Positions 1 to 14,400 of a DNA stretch of 64,000 nt are shown in pieces. How positions within the stretch are numbered: the first letter of the stretch is position 1; the number at the start of each line of letters is the position of its first letter. The notes under the pieces were generated by a model. The model was not told the origin of the DNA. It saw nothing but the letters and a program-made list of their open reading frames with translations, and made no database searches. The translations under genes and the position numbers were made by a program. The stretch is from Spizellomyces punctatus DAOM BR117. Taxonomy: Eukaryota. The stretch lies in the NCBI GenBank assembly GCA_000182565.2, contig KQ257451.1. One strand, 5' to 3'.

Positions 1-239
1 AATGTTGCAGACTAGTTTGAATAGGAGGAGAGCATTGTTGGGATTCACTGTAGTCTCTAGTTTGACATATTAGCACTTTTTTTACCATTACCTACGTACG
101 ATTTATGCCATTAAACATTGAAAAAAAATAAAGAATTCATGACAGCGATGGTTTTGAACGCACAATATGCAACCATGTCTTTTGGCAAACAAAATGCAGA
201 AATGGACAAAATGCGTCACCGAGGGAACAACTGCATGTG

Positions 240-1232
240 TCACTCCTCCTTCTTTTGCAAATACTGCTTCAAGTACCCAGCAGCAAGTTCTGCGACCTTC
301 TCCAACGTACCTAGGTCAGAATAATAAGTGTTCTACAGAGCAACGTCCGAAAAAAAGGAGAACCAATGCGCATACCAGGTTCCTCAAACAAGTGCGTAGC
401 GCCAGGGACAATGTCCAATTTTTTGACAGTGGTAGATGGAATGGCTTCAAAAGCTTCCCTAAACAAAACACATCAATATCCGGATGTCATTGTCAAAGAA
501 ACGTAGATGACAACTTGTTCATCTCAATAACATCATAATCCAATCCTCCCACTATCAAAAACGTGGGAGTGGTGATATGGCTCAAGACTTCCTTGGGCAC
601 CAAGTCTGGACGACCTCCTCGGGATATGGCGCATTTGACCCGATCAGGGCGATGGTAAGCTGCCCAGAGTGCCGCTATGGTAGTTGTGCTGAGATGTGAG
701 AAACGAGGTATCATCGTGTGTAAAGTGGCTATTCCTGCAGTCGCACCTGCTCCGCCTGTGGATGCTCCAAAGGTCCCGACAGGATAGTCCTTGGTGGATT
801 CGTCTTGAGCGAGATGATCGATAGCTGCTACAACCCGCCGGGTGAGCATGGCTGAATGTACAATGAGGTCAATCTTGCTACCATGGCGGTGGAAATGAAA
901 AGATGGAGACTAACGGATATCAAATCGTAAATGCCTTGTGTAATTGTCAACTCTCTCCTCATCTTTTGTCAACAGATCCATCAAAAGCGTCCCAATCCCA
1001 TTTTTGTGAAGAACACTGGCAACGTACTGCATGCTGTGTGAGGACAATGCGATAGCGCATACAACGTAGCATCTCATAGGCAACACACTTGGTTCCTGGA
1101 GCTGAATCTGCTTGATCCGCTTCCATGAGCGAACACACAAATCCCGCGTTGTGGATCAGGAGGGAGGTGCAAGTCTCCTTCCAGTTGCTTTCCGTCGGCA
1201 TTGATTGAAATGGTGTGCCCGACTGTAGTCAT
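240..1232 (-). CDS. Dienelactone hydrolase-like alpha/beta hydrolase (prokaryote-type family), multi-exon
   Basis: Spliced translation from ATG 1232: MTTVGHTISINADGKQLEGDLHLPPDPQRGICVFAHGSGSSRFSSRNQ / YVASVLHKNGIGTLLMDLLT..LRFDI / ..VGTFGASTGG (nucleophile elbow) ..AISRGGRPDL..TPTFLIVGGLD / IVPGATHLFEEPG / TLEKVAELAAGYLKQYLQKKEE*, stop at 240-242. Confidence 0.85.
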
Positions 1233-1471
1233 GATACAGTGCTTGGTTGATATTAGATCGAGTGCAGTGGACTGGCAGACTTAACACACTTGCTATGACG
1301 TAAAATGTGGACAATGCACGTGCTCAGTCCAAAAAAGTTAACCCCCTACTTTGCACACTTGCTTGCACCCATTGTGTATTCATTATAATCAACAACTTTC
1401 CATATTTCTTCCTTTAATAGAAATATTACAGGAGCGGACCGCGCGAACGCAATCCCTCCCACCACCAAAAA

Positions 1472-4400
1472 ATGTCCACTCACGCTGACTCCGAAGAGCC
1501 AGGTGACCCCGGGCCTTCGAACTGTTGTGCAATGTCGAGAACCCGAGATAGCCACCGCCTTGTTGATCACGGTAAGCTCGTAGCAGGTAAGTATGCAGGA
1601 ACAGGGAGGGGCGTGGGGACGCGCTGCTTTTATAGACGAGAGCAACTGCGCCACAACTGCGCTTGAAAAATGAAAAAACGCGTTGATTGGCTGAATTTGG
1701 CATCGGAATATTTATCACTGTTGACATGGTGATAGTATTACGACACTCACCCGCTCAAAATAGTTTAATGACGTTGTCGCAGTTTTACCTAAGGATTGGC
1801 CTAGTAATTGTCCCAGTAGATCTCTTCATTCCTTGACGCTCGTTTCTTGCGCTTGAGGGTTGAATTTGCCACCTGGGCAATATAGGGCACGGCACTCTTG
1901 GCTAGCATAGTCACCTACTTGCCCCCTGCAACCGATAGAGTATCAAGCCCGACATAGTTCAATATGACGATGCAAGAAACATTGCGAGAGCAAGTTGGCG
2001 CAGAGCTTGCCCAAGAGCGCTACGAGTGTGCAGTCTGCTATGTTATTATGTACCGTCCTGTTTGGTTTTTAGCCGCTTGCTGGTAGTTCCTATCTGGAAA
2101 TGCGTCTTGCCCTTCATAGCAAAAGATCTGCTCAAATATGGTCTTGCAAGACGTGCTGGAGAGTGCTGCATTTGCACTGCGTTAAGAAATGGGCAAAAGC
2201 ATCTTCCGCGAATTGTTCAGGTCAGAAGCAATTCCCATTTCAGCAACGTTGCCATATCTCAACTCCAAGACATACAGGTCGACAACCAGATCTAGATGTC
2301 CTGTGGCGATGTCCCAGTTGCCAGATGTCCCAGAATACGAGTGCGTTGCAATACCGATGCTTCTGTGGTACGGAGTCTAGGTGTCTGGCCTTAGGCCTGA
2401 TGTGCTCTTCAAAAGCTTTGTACTCATTACGCTTACAGAGAAGAAAGTTTCTCCTGAAGTAAACAATTATCTCATTCCGCACAGGTAAAATCTACTTCTT
2501 GAATTTTACCTGGTCGTACCTTATTTTGCTTGCTCTAGTTGCGGTGATACATGTTCACGGACTCGTCTCCATTGTCCGCATCCCTGCACATCGTAAGAGA
2601 CCTGGCGTCCATCACAACCCATTGTCATACTGATGTAGTTATATTCTGTCGTTCAGTCCTTGTCATCCAGGTGATTGTCCCTTCTTATCTATGATGTAAT
2701 AGCCAGCTACACAGCCAGTAGCTAATGTGTCTGTTGCAGGACCTTGTCCACCTTGTGATCGTCTGGGCTCGCCAGTTTCCTGTTATTGCGGAAAAGCAAA
2801 GTACGTCTCTGGAAAGGACCAGTATTTCTTTTCACAAACTTACGAGAACCTTCAGATACTCTGTGCGCTGCAATGACCTTCGTAACCAGAGCTCTTGTGG
2901 TCAACAATGCGGTGGCTCTTTGCTATGTGGGGCTCACAAGTGCCGTTTGACGTGCCATGAAGGTACGGCGGACAAATACCTCACGATGATAAAAGCAATA
3001 TAAGTTGACTCGTTTGTCAGGCCCATGTCCACCGTGCGAATCTGTTGAGATTCAAAGATGTTATTGCGGGTCCGAAATACGGGAGACGTTGTGCGGTGAA
3101 GGGATTCCATTTGTTTATGCAGATCGCGATACCGGGGTTGAGGATATCCGGCACTTCTCATGTGGTCGTCCCTGCCATTTGTACGTAGTGTTATGCTGTA
3201 TTTCATGCTTTGTTGCCAAAAGGTCCTCATCTCTGGGTATATACAGCACGTTCTCATGTGGAATTCATCGGTGTGAGCAAAATTGTCATCCATTCTCCGA
3301 ACATCCATCGCCGTGCCCGCTAGATCCCACTGTTATGTTTGCGTGTGCTTGTGGAAAGATAAAACGGAATGCACTGTCGATACAGAGCAGGACACATTGC
3401 TCAGATCCACCACTAACTTGCGAGTGAGTAGTATGTGACTAGTGTTGATAACGGCTGATGAATTCATTTCCATGGTGCCTGTCTCGTCATAAAGATCAGC
3501 ATGCCAAAAATTGCTGACATGCGGCCATGTGTGTAATCGACGTTGCCATGCGGATCCATGTGAATCAGTTTTGTGCCCCAAGACAGTGAGTTCATAGCTG
3601 CCTACGGCACGCGTACTTTGCTTGATTCATTACTATCATTTCAGACCATACTCAAATGCCGATGTGGGTCGACAACGCACTGTGTGCCTTGCTGGAAGGT
3701 TAAGCATATGACCACTGGTATGTGTCCCCATTTGATGTAGAGGGGAAGGGTGCTGTGCCAACGTTCTCGTTCTCTTTTGGAAGAGATCCGGTGCGATAAG
3801 CCATGTCACCAACGACTTTCCTGCAAACGACATGAATGCACTATGCGATGTTGTCCAGCGTCCGATGCGGCAGATTCAAATGGCGACCATGTGTGCCTAA
3901 AAGCTTGCGGTCGACCTTTGAAGTGCGGAATTCACAAATGCCAGGTATTGACGGTCTTGTTCATAACGGAACGTACCAGCATTGCTGATCTTCTGATCTT
4001 AGGCGCTCTGTCATCGAGGAAAGTGCCCACCTTGCCCAGAAGCATCGTTTAATGACGTGGCATGCCATTGTGGACGGACAGTCCTGGTGAGCATCTGTAA
4101 GATCTCTATTATCACTTTCCACGGCTATAGTAACGGGGAGCGATTGGTTCAGCGCGCACCAATACCATGTAATACAAAGCCCCCGGAATGTTCACATCCA
4201 TGCATTAGGTACATGATGGACCCGTCGCATGCTTTGTGTGCACATTGCTTATTAGTAAATCGAACATTCAATTTAGGCAGCCAGCATGTGGACATGCAGC
4301 CATTCCTCACCCTTGCCATCTTGATGACGTTCCGTGTCCTCCATGCCCTGTACGTTGGTATCATGGCACGGCATAACACATTGGGGCTGATGACGGTACC

Positions 4401-5931
4401 TTTTAGCACCTTGTTTCCCGCCCATGCAAGTGCGGCAAATCTTTAATGCGACACACGCCATGCCACCGCACCGCACCCCAAGCATGTGCTGAACTCTGTG
4501 GGAAGGTGCTGCGAACGTGTGAACATCAATGTGCAAGGACCTGCCACGATGACGATTGTTTGGCTGAGGGTGGTAAGGCAGTCTACCTTCTTGCATTTAA
4601 CATTTGAAACGGATCGTAAAAAAACTCTACGTCCTTAGAGGTGTGTCGACAGCGGTGCAAACTTCAAAGAAAGTGTGGACATGTATGTGATTTGCCTTGC
4701 AATGGGACGCCATGCGATCATGGAACTGGTTGTGGCATTAAGGTAGGTATAAAGTGAATGTTTACGCTTTGCACTTGCGTGGACAATGATTTACTTGTCC
4801 TTCAAGGTCCGCCGTGTATGCTCATGTGGTTGCCGAAGCGAAGAGATGAGCTGTGACCTACTCCCAGTAGCAACGGCCGCGCCAGGTTGTGCTGATGGTT
4901 TACACGAACCTACGCACGGCTTCCTTCCCTGTAATGACACCTGTGCCCAGAGTGCTTCAATTGAGCCAGAGAGCATGTAGGTGCCGGACAATGTTAAACA
5001 GGAGTGCCACCGAGTCTTAATCCTTCAGTTACTCCATTGCAGCACTCCGTATCCCCTCACTCTACTCGATTTTGCCGATTCTAATCTGGCATTCGTAAAA
5101 AGCGTGGAAAGAGCCCTGGAGAGACTCTTTAAGGAAGGGTCAGTTCTTGAAACGTATATCTCTCTGATTCTATGTCTCTTGTGTGACCTTACCTGGTTGG
5201 AACTGACAGGAAACGATCGCATTACTTTTCTCCTATGCGACGTGATGCCCGAGCATTTGTGCATGAGCTTTGTCAGAATTTCTACGGCCTCTCCACTCAG
5301 AGCGTAGATAGAGAGCCATTCAGGAGTGTCCGTGTGCAAATGTTGGATGTGGCTGTTGTGTAAGCGTGGTCGCTTATCGTTCTGAACTTCAAAAAGCCAT
5401 CGAACTCATGCATCACGGTAGACCAAGAATCCCAATATCCGAGGTCGTCACGAGGAGGCAGCAAGGGGATCCCCTTACCTCTCAATTGTACGTAGCCGTA
5501 TGCAATGATACGTCCTCATCAGTACTTATCCACTCTTATTGTATCGCTCAGGATTGCCGTTCGACAAAGTGGGCCCCTAATACCAGTGAGTGACTCGGAC
5601 GACGATTGCACGACCATTATTTCCAAATCAGCGGGCGTGATTTTGAGGAGAGCCGTAGATAGCGGTACAGAGCAGCAGGTCTCCGAGCTGGCCTCGGGTA
5701 CAGTGATACAGGACGGATCTCCATTACCTGGTAAGCGAATTTCGCAGAATCGTGCGAGGCGATGTCTTACCTATGGACACCCGAATAGATGCGCCATTGA
5801 ATAGCACACCCAAACAAAAACGTAAAGCACGTAAGCGAGCGCCATCCCGAGCTCGTATTTCTAGAGATGCTAATGTATCGACCTCAAATGGGTTCGGTCT
5901 ACTTGACTTGTTGGGTGAGGAGGATGGGTGA
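1472..5931 (+). CDS. NFX1: NF-X1-type zinc finger protein (NFX1/FAP1-like) with N-terminal RING/PHD and C-terminal R3H domain; many short exons
   Basis: Exon fragments YECAVC, IWSCKTCWRVLHLHCVKKWA, WRCPSCQ..YRCFCG, repeated CG.H.C...CH.GPCPPC units, and R3H-like FSPMRRDARAFVHELCQNFYGLSTQSVDREPFRSV; start and end approximate. Confidence 0.85.
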
Positions 5932-6891
5932 GGTGGCACTTTTATTGTTGAGATTGCACGTATTCTATATATTTAATTGCACCCACTTGATCTGTTATTA
6001 TGTGAACGATAATGATTACATGTAGCATGTAAATATCTGTCGTATATTGTATCTGGAGCCATGTCCACATAATCCATTGTCATGCAGAGTCAGACCTGCT
6101 CAGAGCCACCCAAGTTCAATGGTGGCAGCGGCATGAAACGTTTGGGTTTCTTTTTGACTGTAGACATAGTTGGCATTATTGATAATACGGCTTGCTCGTG
6201 CTCTTTTGTCACCAACCGTCGACAACAGAACTGTGCTCAAACATATATTCATGGCGAGGTGCCTGGTTCTCTTCAAACGAGCTGTCTCATCGACAACCAA
6301 GTCTCATATGCATGTCCAAAGTCCCACGATTCAACATAGGAATCAAGTCGCCAAGCTGCAATAACAAACGCAGGGTTTTGGTTTTTTTCTGGCCAAGTTG
6401 CGAAAACTAAACTAACGTGGTCAGACCGGTATGGCCCTTGCATCAGTTCAGCCGATAAAATGGCGGTGTTTATTTCTTCAAGCATATAGATGGACTGTTG
6501 AACAATGACTGGGCATTTGGCTGCGTTCCGTCATGGTCAGCCCCATGGCCAGCGTATGGCTCTTTCGTTCCAACAATGCTCGTCACCAAAAACTCATCTG
6601 CGAGACTCTCAACTAGAAGTGTTTTTCACACTTTCTACTCACGTGACATGACAAGCCATTTTTATTTTTGTCCAAACGCGCGCATTGCTAATCGAATCAG
6701 CGACTGCTCACCACAACCCTTCCGCTAAGGAAAAACGACGACGATTTATCTTTTCTGCTGCTTGGGGGGTTTCTAATTTGCAAGCAAAAGGGTCGTCGGT
6801 TTTTGTAAACTGGATCTTGTTCTGCTCCATCAAATCTCAGTAGACGATCCACTATTGTATCTTCCCTAAACACAGCGTGCGACGAGCTTTC

Positions 6892-8669
6892 ATGACGACA
6901 ATGATGCACGACGGCGTAGAATATGACCCTGCTCGGACAGAGCAACGCATGTACGCTTACTTGCTGGTTGCGCATTGTCACTCAATCTGTTAACCTCCCT
7001 ATCTTTACAGTCTTTGTGCGTCCTGTGGAACAGTCATTGCACCGAACCCCGCAAACATGTGCGTTAACTGCATCCGGTCTGACGTTGACATCACAGAGGG
7101 TATTCCCAAGCAAGCCACCATACATTTTTGTCGGGGTTGTGAGCGATACCTTCAACCGCCAAATATTTGGGTCAAGGCGGAGTTGGAGAGCAGGGAATTA
7201 CTTGCGTTATGTTTAAAGAAATTGAGAGGCTTGAACAAAGTGCGATTGGTCGATGCGGGTTTTATCTGGACTGAACCACATTCCAAGAGAGTAAAGGTCA
7301 AGCTAACAATTCAGAAAGAGGTGGGTACCCCACATAATAGCTCATGAGCGAATGTTGTATGTATTGACTCTTGCGGATCTGCCGATCTGTTTTTTACATA
7401 GGTCTTCGCCGCAACTATCCTTCAACAAGTCTTTGTGGTAGAATACATTGTAGCCAATCAGCACTGTGAAGAATGTCAGCGGGTCGACGCGCAACTGACA
7501 TGGAAGGCGGTTGTCCAGGTCCGACAGAAAGTGGCGCACAAGAGAACGTTCCTTTGGCTTGAGCAGCTCATTCTCAAACACAATGCCCATCGTGACACAA
7601 CAAATATAAAGGAATACCGGGATGGATTAGATTTCTATTACGTACATCGAGCACATGCGGCAAAGATGGTAGAATTTCTTCAGGCGGTTATTCCGATGCG
7701 ACTGAAAACATCGGAACAGTTGATCTCGCAAGATATACATAGTGGTACGAAAAATTACAAGTTTACATATTCTGTGGAACTGGTGCCGATCTGTAGGGTA
7801 GGTATTGTGGACCAATGTGCAGAAAACAGTCAGAAACTCAGATATCCTTTTTTTTGTAGGATGATTTGGTATGCTTGTCACCAAAGCTCGCACGGCAACT
7901 TTCCAACACCAATCCCCTAGTCATCTGTAACCGCGTGAGCAACACCATCAACTTCCTTGATCCAAATACCCTCAAAATTGCAGAAATGCGACCTGACGTG
8001 TATTGGCAAGCACCCTTCTCCGCACTTTGCGAAGCCAAGGACCTTGTAGAGTTCTACGTCATCGATGTTCAACTAGAAGGACCACATGCCGGTCGTCATG
8101 CACTCGCAATGGTAGAGGTGTGTCGCTCGAACGACATGTCTAAAACCTTCATCGCCCGATCACATCTTGGACGCATCCTCAACCCCGGTGATCACGTTCT
8201 CGGCTATGACCTGACTCACACCAACTTCAACTCGGACAATTGGGAGGCTTTAAACAATGCTGCCCGTCTTCGAGGGACGATTCCGGACGTCGTACTGGTA
8301 AAGAAGAGTTATCCCAATGCACGAAAGAAGGGCAAGGCACGTGGCTGGAAGCTAAAGACTATGGCCAAGGAGGAGGAGTTGGAATATGTCAACCGAGGCA
8401 AGTCGGAAAAGTCACGACAGGAGGTTGATTACGAGTTGTTCTTGCGGGATATTGAGGAGGATGAAGAGTTGCGTGGAATGATAAATTTGTACAAGGACCC
8501 GAAAGGATTGGCTACACGACAGCCACCAGTGGTGGATCAGAATGCGATGGAGGAGGATGAAGAAGAGCCTGAGGTCGATTTCCCAGAGATTAATGTAGAT
8601 GAGCTCTTGGAGGATATGGAGGCAATGCATTTGAACGATGACGAAGAAGATGGGGAAGCCATGCAATAG
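6892..8669 (+). CDS. NMD3: 60S ribosomal export adaptor NMD3 (4 exons)
   Basis: ILCASCGTVIAPNPANMCVNCIRSDVDITEGIPKQ..FIWTEPHSKRVKVKLTIQKEV..WKAVVQVRQKVAHKRTFLWLEQLILKH..DYELFLRDIEEDEELR, acidic tail. Confidence 0.97.
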
Positions 8670-8996
8670 ATTTGGGCCTAGGATAGTGTTATTCACAAAG
8701 CTGGCAGAATAGTGAGGTTTAGATAGCGTATCAGTTAAACTATCTGATAGGCGGATGTGCCACTGGTACGATTTGTGAATATCCGACTTCCTGGGTACCT
8801 ATTGATGCCATAGCCGCACTATACATGTACATCACCGCACAATGTAGGTCTCAATAATAGCATTTATTTACTGTGTAGCGTCTCAACGTTCCACAAGAAA
8901 CAATAACGCACCTAGCGACCCATCGACGACTTTCACGTTAAACTGCACACACACGACACTGGAAGGGTTCGCGTTCTATTGGGTACAAATACAAAG

Positions 8997-9877
8997 CTAT
9001 CCATAAGTTTGCTTTGCTAGCCGAATGTGGTTCTCCAGCGATTGAACCCAATTGGGGAGATTGTGTTCTCGACAAAAGGACTGGGCAAGTTGGGTGGGAG
9101 TATCCGTCTGTGTTATGCGACCGGTGAGAATAAAGTCACCCAAAAAGCGTATATTTGAGAAACAATAAAGACACAAAGCATACGTACATCATGCACAGTC
9201 AGCATTTCGTATTTCCCTTTTGCAATTTCAATCTTTAAGCAACAGATGATTTTCGATCCAGAATGCGGATGCTGTAATCTTGGTACTGCTTTGCCCGTAA
9301 GTTGATGCTGCCGATGTTGCTGTCGATGTACAGCACCATCCCCCATATCTTCACCCGCCAAAGTTGGCATGCTCTTATATAGGTTGTTCCTTTGATTTCC
9401 TTTCTGTACATTAGCAGGACTTGTTCTTTCATGCCCACCTCTATCCGCGTCGATCAAATCCGGATGTGATTTTGTTATTGCCTGCTTCTGTTTTGGTGGG
9501 AGGTTTTGTATGGCTTTCGATAGAGGGTAAGGCGATAATTCGAGGTTCCTGAGGAGAGCGGGAAGATCTGTTATTGCATCTTCCTGTGAATAGGATAGCT
9601 GTTCATCTTGCGACTCATGGTCAGGACTATCTGGTGAAGAAAGGCTGACGTTTGAGGCCCATAATCGAATGCGATCATGGAATTGTTTGGGTGTATGCTG
9701 GGAGGCGAGGTATTGGGTGTGTTCGCGAAGGTTTTCTTCACTCAGGCTGCTTGGTGTGCGAGGTGCTGTTAGCAGTGTCCATTGTTATTTCTTTCAGAAG
9801 AATAATTACACTCTCTGTTCGAGGTCAATGGATGGAGGGAGAGCGTCAGCCTCTCGGGCAATAGCTTCGTTGCTCAT
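8997..9877 (-). CDS. Hypothetical protein (4 exons) with a small C-terminal alpha/beta module
   Basis: GT..ctaac..AG introns join MSNEAIAREAD.. / ..SEENLREHTQYL.. / ..ICCLKIEIAKGKYEMLTVHD / TDTPTQLAQSFCREHNLPNWVQSLENHIRLAKQTYG*. Confidence 0.6.
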
Positions 9878-10495
9878 TTGTTGGAATAACAAAGCAAAAG
9901 AATATCCCTTGTGCTGCTGGAGAATATAGGTGGAATGCTGACGTACTATGGCTCTCGAAATATCCAGAAACCCAACAAACCAGTGTTCCGAATATTGCCC
10001 TTGTTTTCTCATAATCCGCTCTTCTGGTCATTACTGCTCCCTCAGCATGATCCCTATAAATCTCGCGAACCGCGCTAAATCAGACATCAAATATTTGTTA
10101 TACTTGATTTGCAACCTTCAGCATGAGATATCGCCGTTTTTTAAGCCAGATCTGCTGGTCACTTTTACCAAAGCTCGTTGATGAGCGTGGGCGCAGATTT
10201 GCTGACGTTATGAGAGTCTGCGCGTCACTAAGCACCACCAAACCGTTCTGAAACTCCAAGCGGCCTTTGGGGGATTTAAGTTGGTCCAATTTATGTTTTA
10301 CTGTTGCTTGGCGCTGACCCCGATCACGGTCGGGGAGGCTCCCAAAAGTCCATTTATTGGTATTTTAACGATTTGGTAACGGGGAAAACTATGTGGAAAT
10401 GAAGGACGAGGAATGTTAAAAGGACGTTAGCGGCGGTTGTCGCAGTGTCCTTCTTATATACTCTGATATCCTGTTAAAGCTGTCAAAAAGATCAA

Positions 10496-12112
10496 ATGCT
10501 TCGTGTTTTCAAACTGCTTGTCCTTGGAACGCTAGCGCTAAGTACTCATGCTGTTCCTACGCCGATCCGGCGTGCAATCGAGTTTGGAGTCAACTTGCCA
10601 GCTGACGACCTGAATTACGATGTCAACCTGTCCAACGGCCTTCGTCTGATCCAATTCTCTCCTAATGAGCCACCGCGATGGGTCCCCGAGACCACACTGG
10701 CCGGAATGACTATCGAAGAAAATGGGTTCATGGACGTAACCTACGTATGGGAGACAAACTACAGGGCCAGCTTTGAGCAATCCTTTGGCCCAGTACAGAG
10801 TGCAGAGAGTGGGTACACCTTTATACCCGGAGCTGCCAAGAGTTTTGCTGGAAATGATACCACGACCACACCGCCGGGATCTGCCGCAGCACCTGGAGAT
10901 CTGCCCACCATTAGCCAACAAACATTGGTGAAATCCCTCTTTGGAAAGATTGACATTCAAGGCATGAAGAGCAATGTAAACGCCTTCGTTGCCTTGCCGA
11001 ACAGAAATTTCAAATCCAAAGACGGTACCAAATCAGCAACATGGCTATTTGATCGTGCCACGGAACTTTTAGGAAAAGCAGGCACGACTCAAAAAGTCAC
11101 TCACCCCTTCTCGCAGTTCTCGGTCATCGCGACAATCCCTGGTACAAGCAAGGAAAAAGTCATTCTTGGCTCACACCAGGACAGCATTAGCAAAGATGCC
11201 ACGGCACCGGGTGCAGATGACGATGCGAGCGGGAGTATGACCATCATGGAGGTCATGCGCATTGTGGGTGGTGAAGTGCAAAATGGCTTCCAGCCGGCGA
11301 GGACATTGGAGTTTCATTGGTATGCGGGCGAGGAAGGGGGATTGCTAGGAAGTCAACTGATTGCCTTGGACTATAAGAAGAGATCTGAGAATGTAATCGG
11401 AATGATGCAGGTGAGTACATTCTGTTGCAAAGGATACCATTCGTTCAGGATTCTTATGTGACTATTCTCGCTTTCATAGTTCGACATGACCGGTTTCGCA
11501 AAGGACCCAGCAAACCGCCGTCTTGCTGTCATGACTGACTTCACCGACCCTGGTCTGGTCGCATTTACCAAAAATTTGATGAAAGAATACAGCACGACGC
11601 CGATTGTTGAAAGCAAATGCGGATTCGGTTGCTCTGATCACGCATCTTGGACACGAGCTGGGTTCAAAGCTGTTCTCCCTGCGGAGGGAATTTTCGAAGA
11701 AATTACCCCGTTCATCCATACGAGTCAAGATACCGTGGATAAGTTGAACTGGGATCACATACAAGACTTTACAAAACTAGGGCTGAGTTTTATGGTTGAG
11801 ATGGCTGGGGGTAGTCCTGCAGCTGCTGGCAACGGCACTGCAGCGACGGAAGAACCTACAGCAGCGCCCACGGCTCCAACGCCACCACAGGCGCCCAAGG
11901 AGAATGGCGGCGCAACCACGCCCAGTGCTACGACTACCGAAACTGAAAACCGTGGTACGCCGACAGCGACGCCTAATGGAGGGACTGCGCAAATACCTCG
12001 CACGGGTACGGCACCTCCCACAGACGCCGGCCAAATCGCTGGAGCGCTGTTGGACATGTTTAAACAGATACAGACTCGTATAGGGACTGTAGTTTCCAAG
12101 TTTGGGCTATGA
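10496..12112 (+). CDS. Secreted M28 family (leucyl) aminopeptidase, intron about 11411-11479
   Basis: Signal peptide; Zn-ligand motifs GSHQDS, APGADDDASG, YAGEEGGLLGS, MQFDMTG, CGFGCSDHASW, IHTSQD; Pro/Thr-rich C-terminal extension. Confidence 0.93.
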
Positions 12113-12303
12113 ACTTGTATAGAGCGCTGACTCGATGGAAAACAATGTAGAATATGTCAGAGTAGTGCCATTATATGTAGAAAGTATTCCGCTCACACCG
12201 TATGTTAGGTTGTCCTTTGTAAAGAAAACGAGAAAGCGTGTGTATGTAAATAAAAATGGATCAATCAATAAAAAGATACAAGCCGGGACTTGTGTGTATT
12301 TTC

Positions 12304-14400
12304 AGTATACATTTGACCGAGGGACTGAAGGCATCTGCGAAGTTACTTGACTTGCGACACGCTGCTGAGCTTTTTTACGTTGCTGCGCTTCTCGAAGATC
12401 TACGTCAAGAGTGGTCATCTCTTATTAGGGTGCATCGCCACCTCACTAAAGCAATGGTCAGACATTAACGGAATACCCACAATAGATATTGTTTGTCAAA
12501 ATGTATTGTGCAGGTTTCGCAACTGCTTGCTGAGATTTGGCCTTCTCTTCGGGCTGTGCCTCTGGTGGCGCTTGAGGAGTGGCAGGCGGTGCAGATGACA
12601 ATCCAAGTGTTTGTCCCAGCGTTTGTGTTATTGTAGACAGCAGCCCGCCGCTTTCAGCGGGCTGACTTACATCAGTGTCCTTGCTCGGCTTTTGTTGTTG
12701 TCCTTGCGACGGAGTCGACGGCCGAGATGCTACAGAGATTTGGGAGGAGGGGGAAGTGACGGAGCGCGGAGGTTTTGGCGAACTTGACGGTGCGGATGCT
12801 GGTTTGCAGAAGCTATTGCTCTGCGTTACCCCTCAGTTGCAGTGATTGAGACCCACCCACAGTCTACGCACCCTGCATCGCTAATGTGGCTGGGACAAAC
12901 ATAAAACCAGTCTACAGAATTTGTCTAGCATGCATCAGACTGTTAGTGCATGATAAAGACAGAAGCAGCCAACGTGAATCCATACCAATACAGTTATGCA
13001 GAATTTTGAACACACGAAACACGGTGCTTCACTGGTCGCTGGATAACAGTAGCAGTACGGCGCATGAGTTTGGTGAATATGCAACAGTGTGCTGCTGTAC
13101 ATTCAGGTATACCTGTTCTTTGCGTGTAGAGGTTTGACATTAACGGTACTTGGGCGGTCATCTTGTCTGGAGCATCGTTTGCCAATCCCACCGACCTTTC
13201 CAGGTCATATCACTCCCCACGGCACGTGAATCCTCCAAGCCACTAGTACTGTAGTTCAATCAACGCTACCTAGTCAAGCTTGGCATTTGTTTTTTCCTTG
13301 TTCAGCCTCTGGCGCTACCGAATGGATAGTGCGATTCTGCTGGTCCCGCCTATGTTTAGTTAAAGCAGTATCAACTCATTAATCCCTAAAGCAAACGAAC
13401 TACTGAGCATTTGTGTTCAAGAGGGTCAATCTTTCAAGGTTTTTGAAGCATATTGAAAGGACATTAGAGCAAATAGGGAACCAGTGCACTGCAGGGAACA
13501 AGCGCGCAAGTCATCTCCTCGTACCCTTGGCTCACCCTCAATACCATCATGATGGCTGTGACATACAAAACATCCATTTTCACCTTTTTAGTTTAGGCAT
13601 CTGTAGGAGTAGCATCGTCTTTGTGACGTATGCCTGGAACCCGCATGGAAAGGTTCTCCTGACTTTGCTGGATCTGACCATGCATCTTTATGCGCCTGAG
13701 ATGGCAAGACTTGTCGCTTTTTGAAGAAATGCAGAAACGCACAAAAAGTGACATTCTCGTCAGAGAGCACCTTGTTCTGGAATGAGGTTATCACACTATG
13801 TTCCTATTTCTGTCTAACGTAGCGGCTCATTTGGGAACGGTTGCTCAGCAATACCTGTAATGAAAAGAACAAATAGCAATTCTGTAGGTCACACACAAGC
13901 TAAGGAAATGGAAGACCCAAACGCTGTCGCCAGCCAATATCGAACAACCAAGGGGCCATGCGGCGGCCACACGCAAGCCGTGTCTAATCAACAGTGGATA
14001 GTCGGTATTCGAAACTCGAAAAAGAATGGATCGCTGTCATTCGTTTGTGGGTTACAGTGCGTTCCTATCGCCTGCTTCCCCAATGTCCCCAGATACAATG
14101 ATGGACATTCTTTTCATCCGATGATCAGGGCAGATTACAAATTGAGCAGTCACCCCAGGAAGGGGGCATGGCAGTGTCCCGCGGACGAATTGTTGATTGG
14201 GGGGAGGATCAGAACAGTTGTTTTGATCATCACTAGAACACTGTGCGCAGAAGGAAGAAACTTGTATATCCAAAACAGGAAATTGGAAAACAAGCTCCTT
14301 GTCTGCGCATTGAATCGCACACTGCACACAAATGGTACGCGCATAGCAAAAGAGATTTTTACACTCCCCAAAGGCCGTGATCAAAAAGGTTGATCTTTAT
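12304..14400 (-). CDS. Probable multi-exon hypothetical protein (boundaries uncertain)
   Basis: Series of short GT..AG-bounded segments on the minus strand ending DLREAQQRKKAQQRVASQVTSQMPSVPRSNVY*, with a Ser/Pro-rich exon near 12670-12800; no recognisable domain. Confidence 0.35.

Noticed and set aside
13794-13800. CACTATG here, and CATAGTG near 17334, as further element ends
   Set aside because: 7-mers only, with no adjacent TIR continuation or scaffold in the correct orientation.
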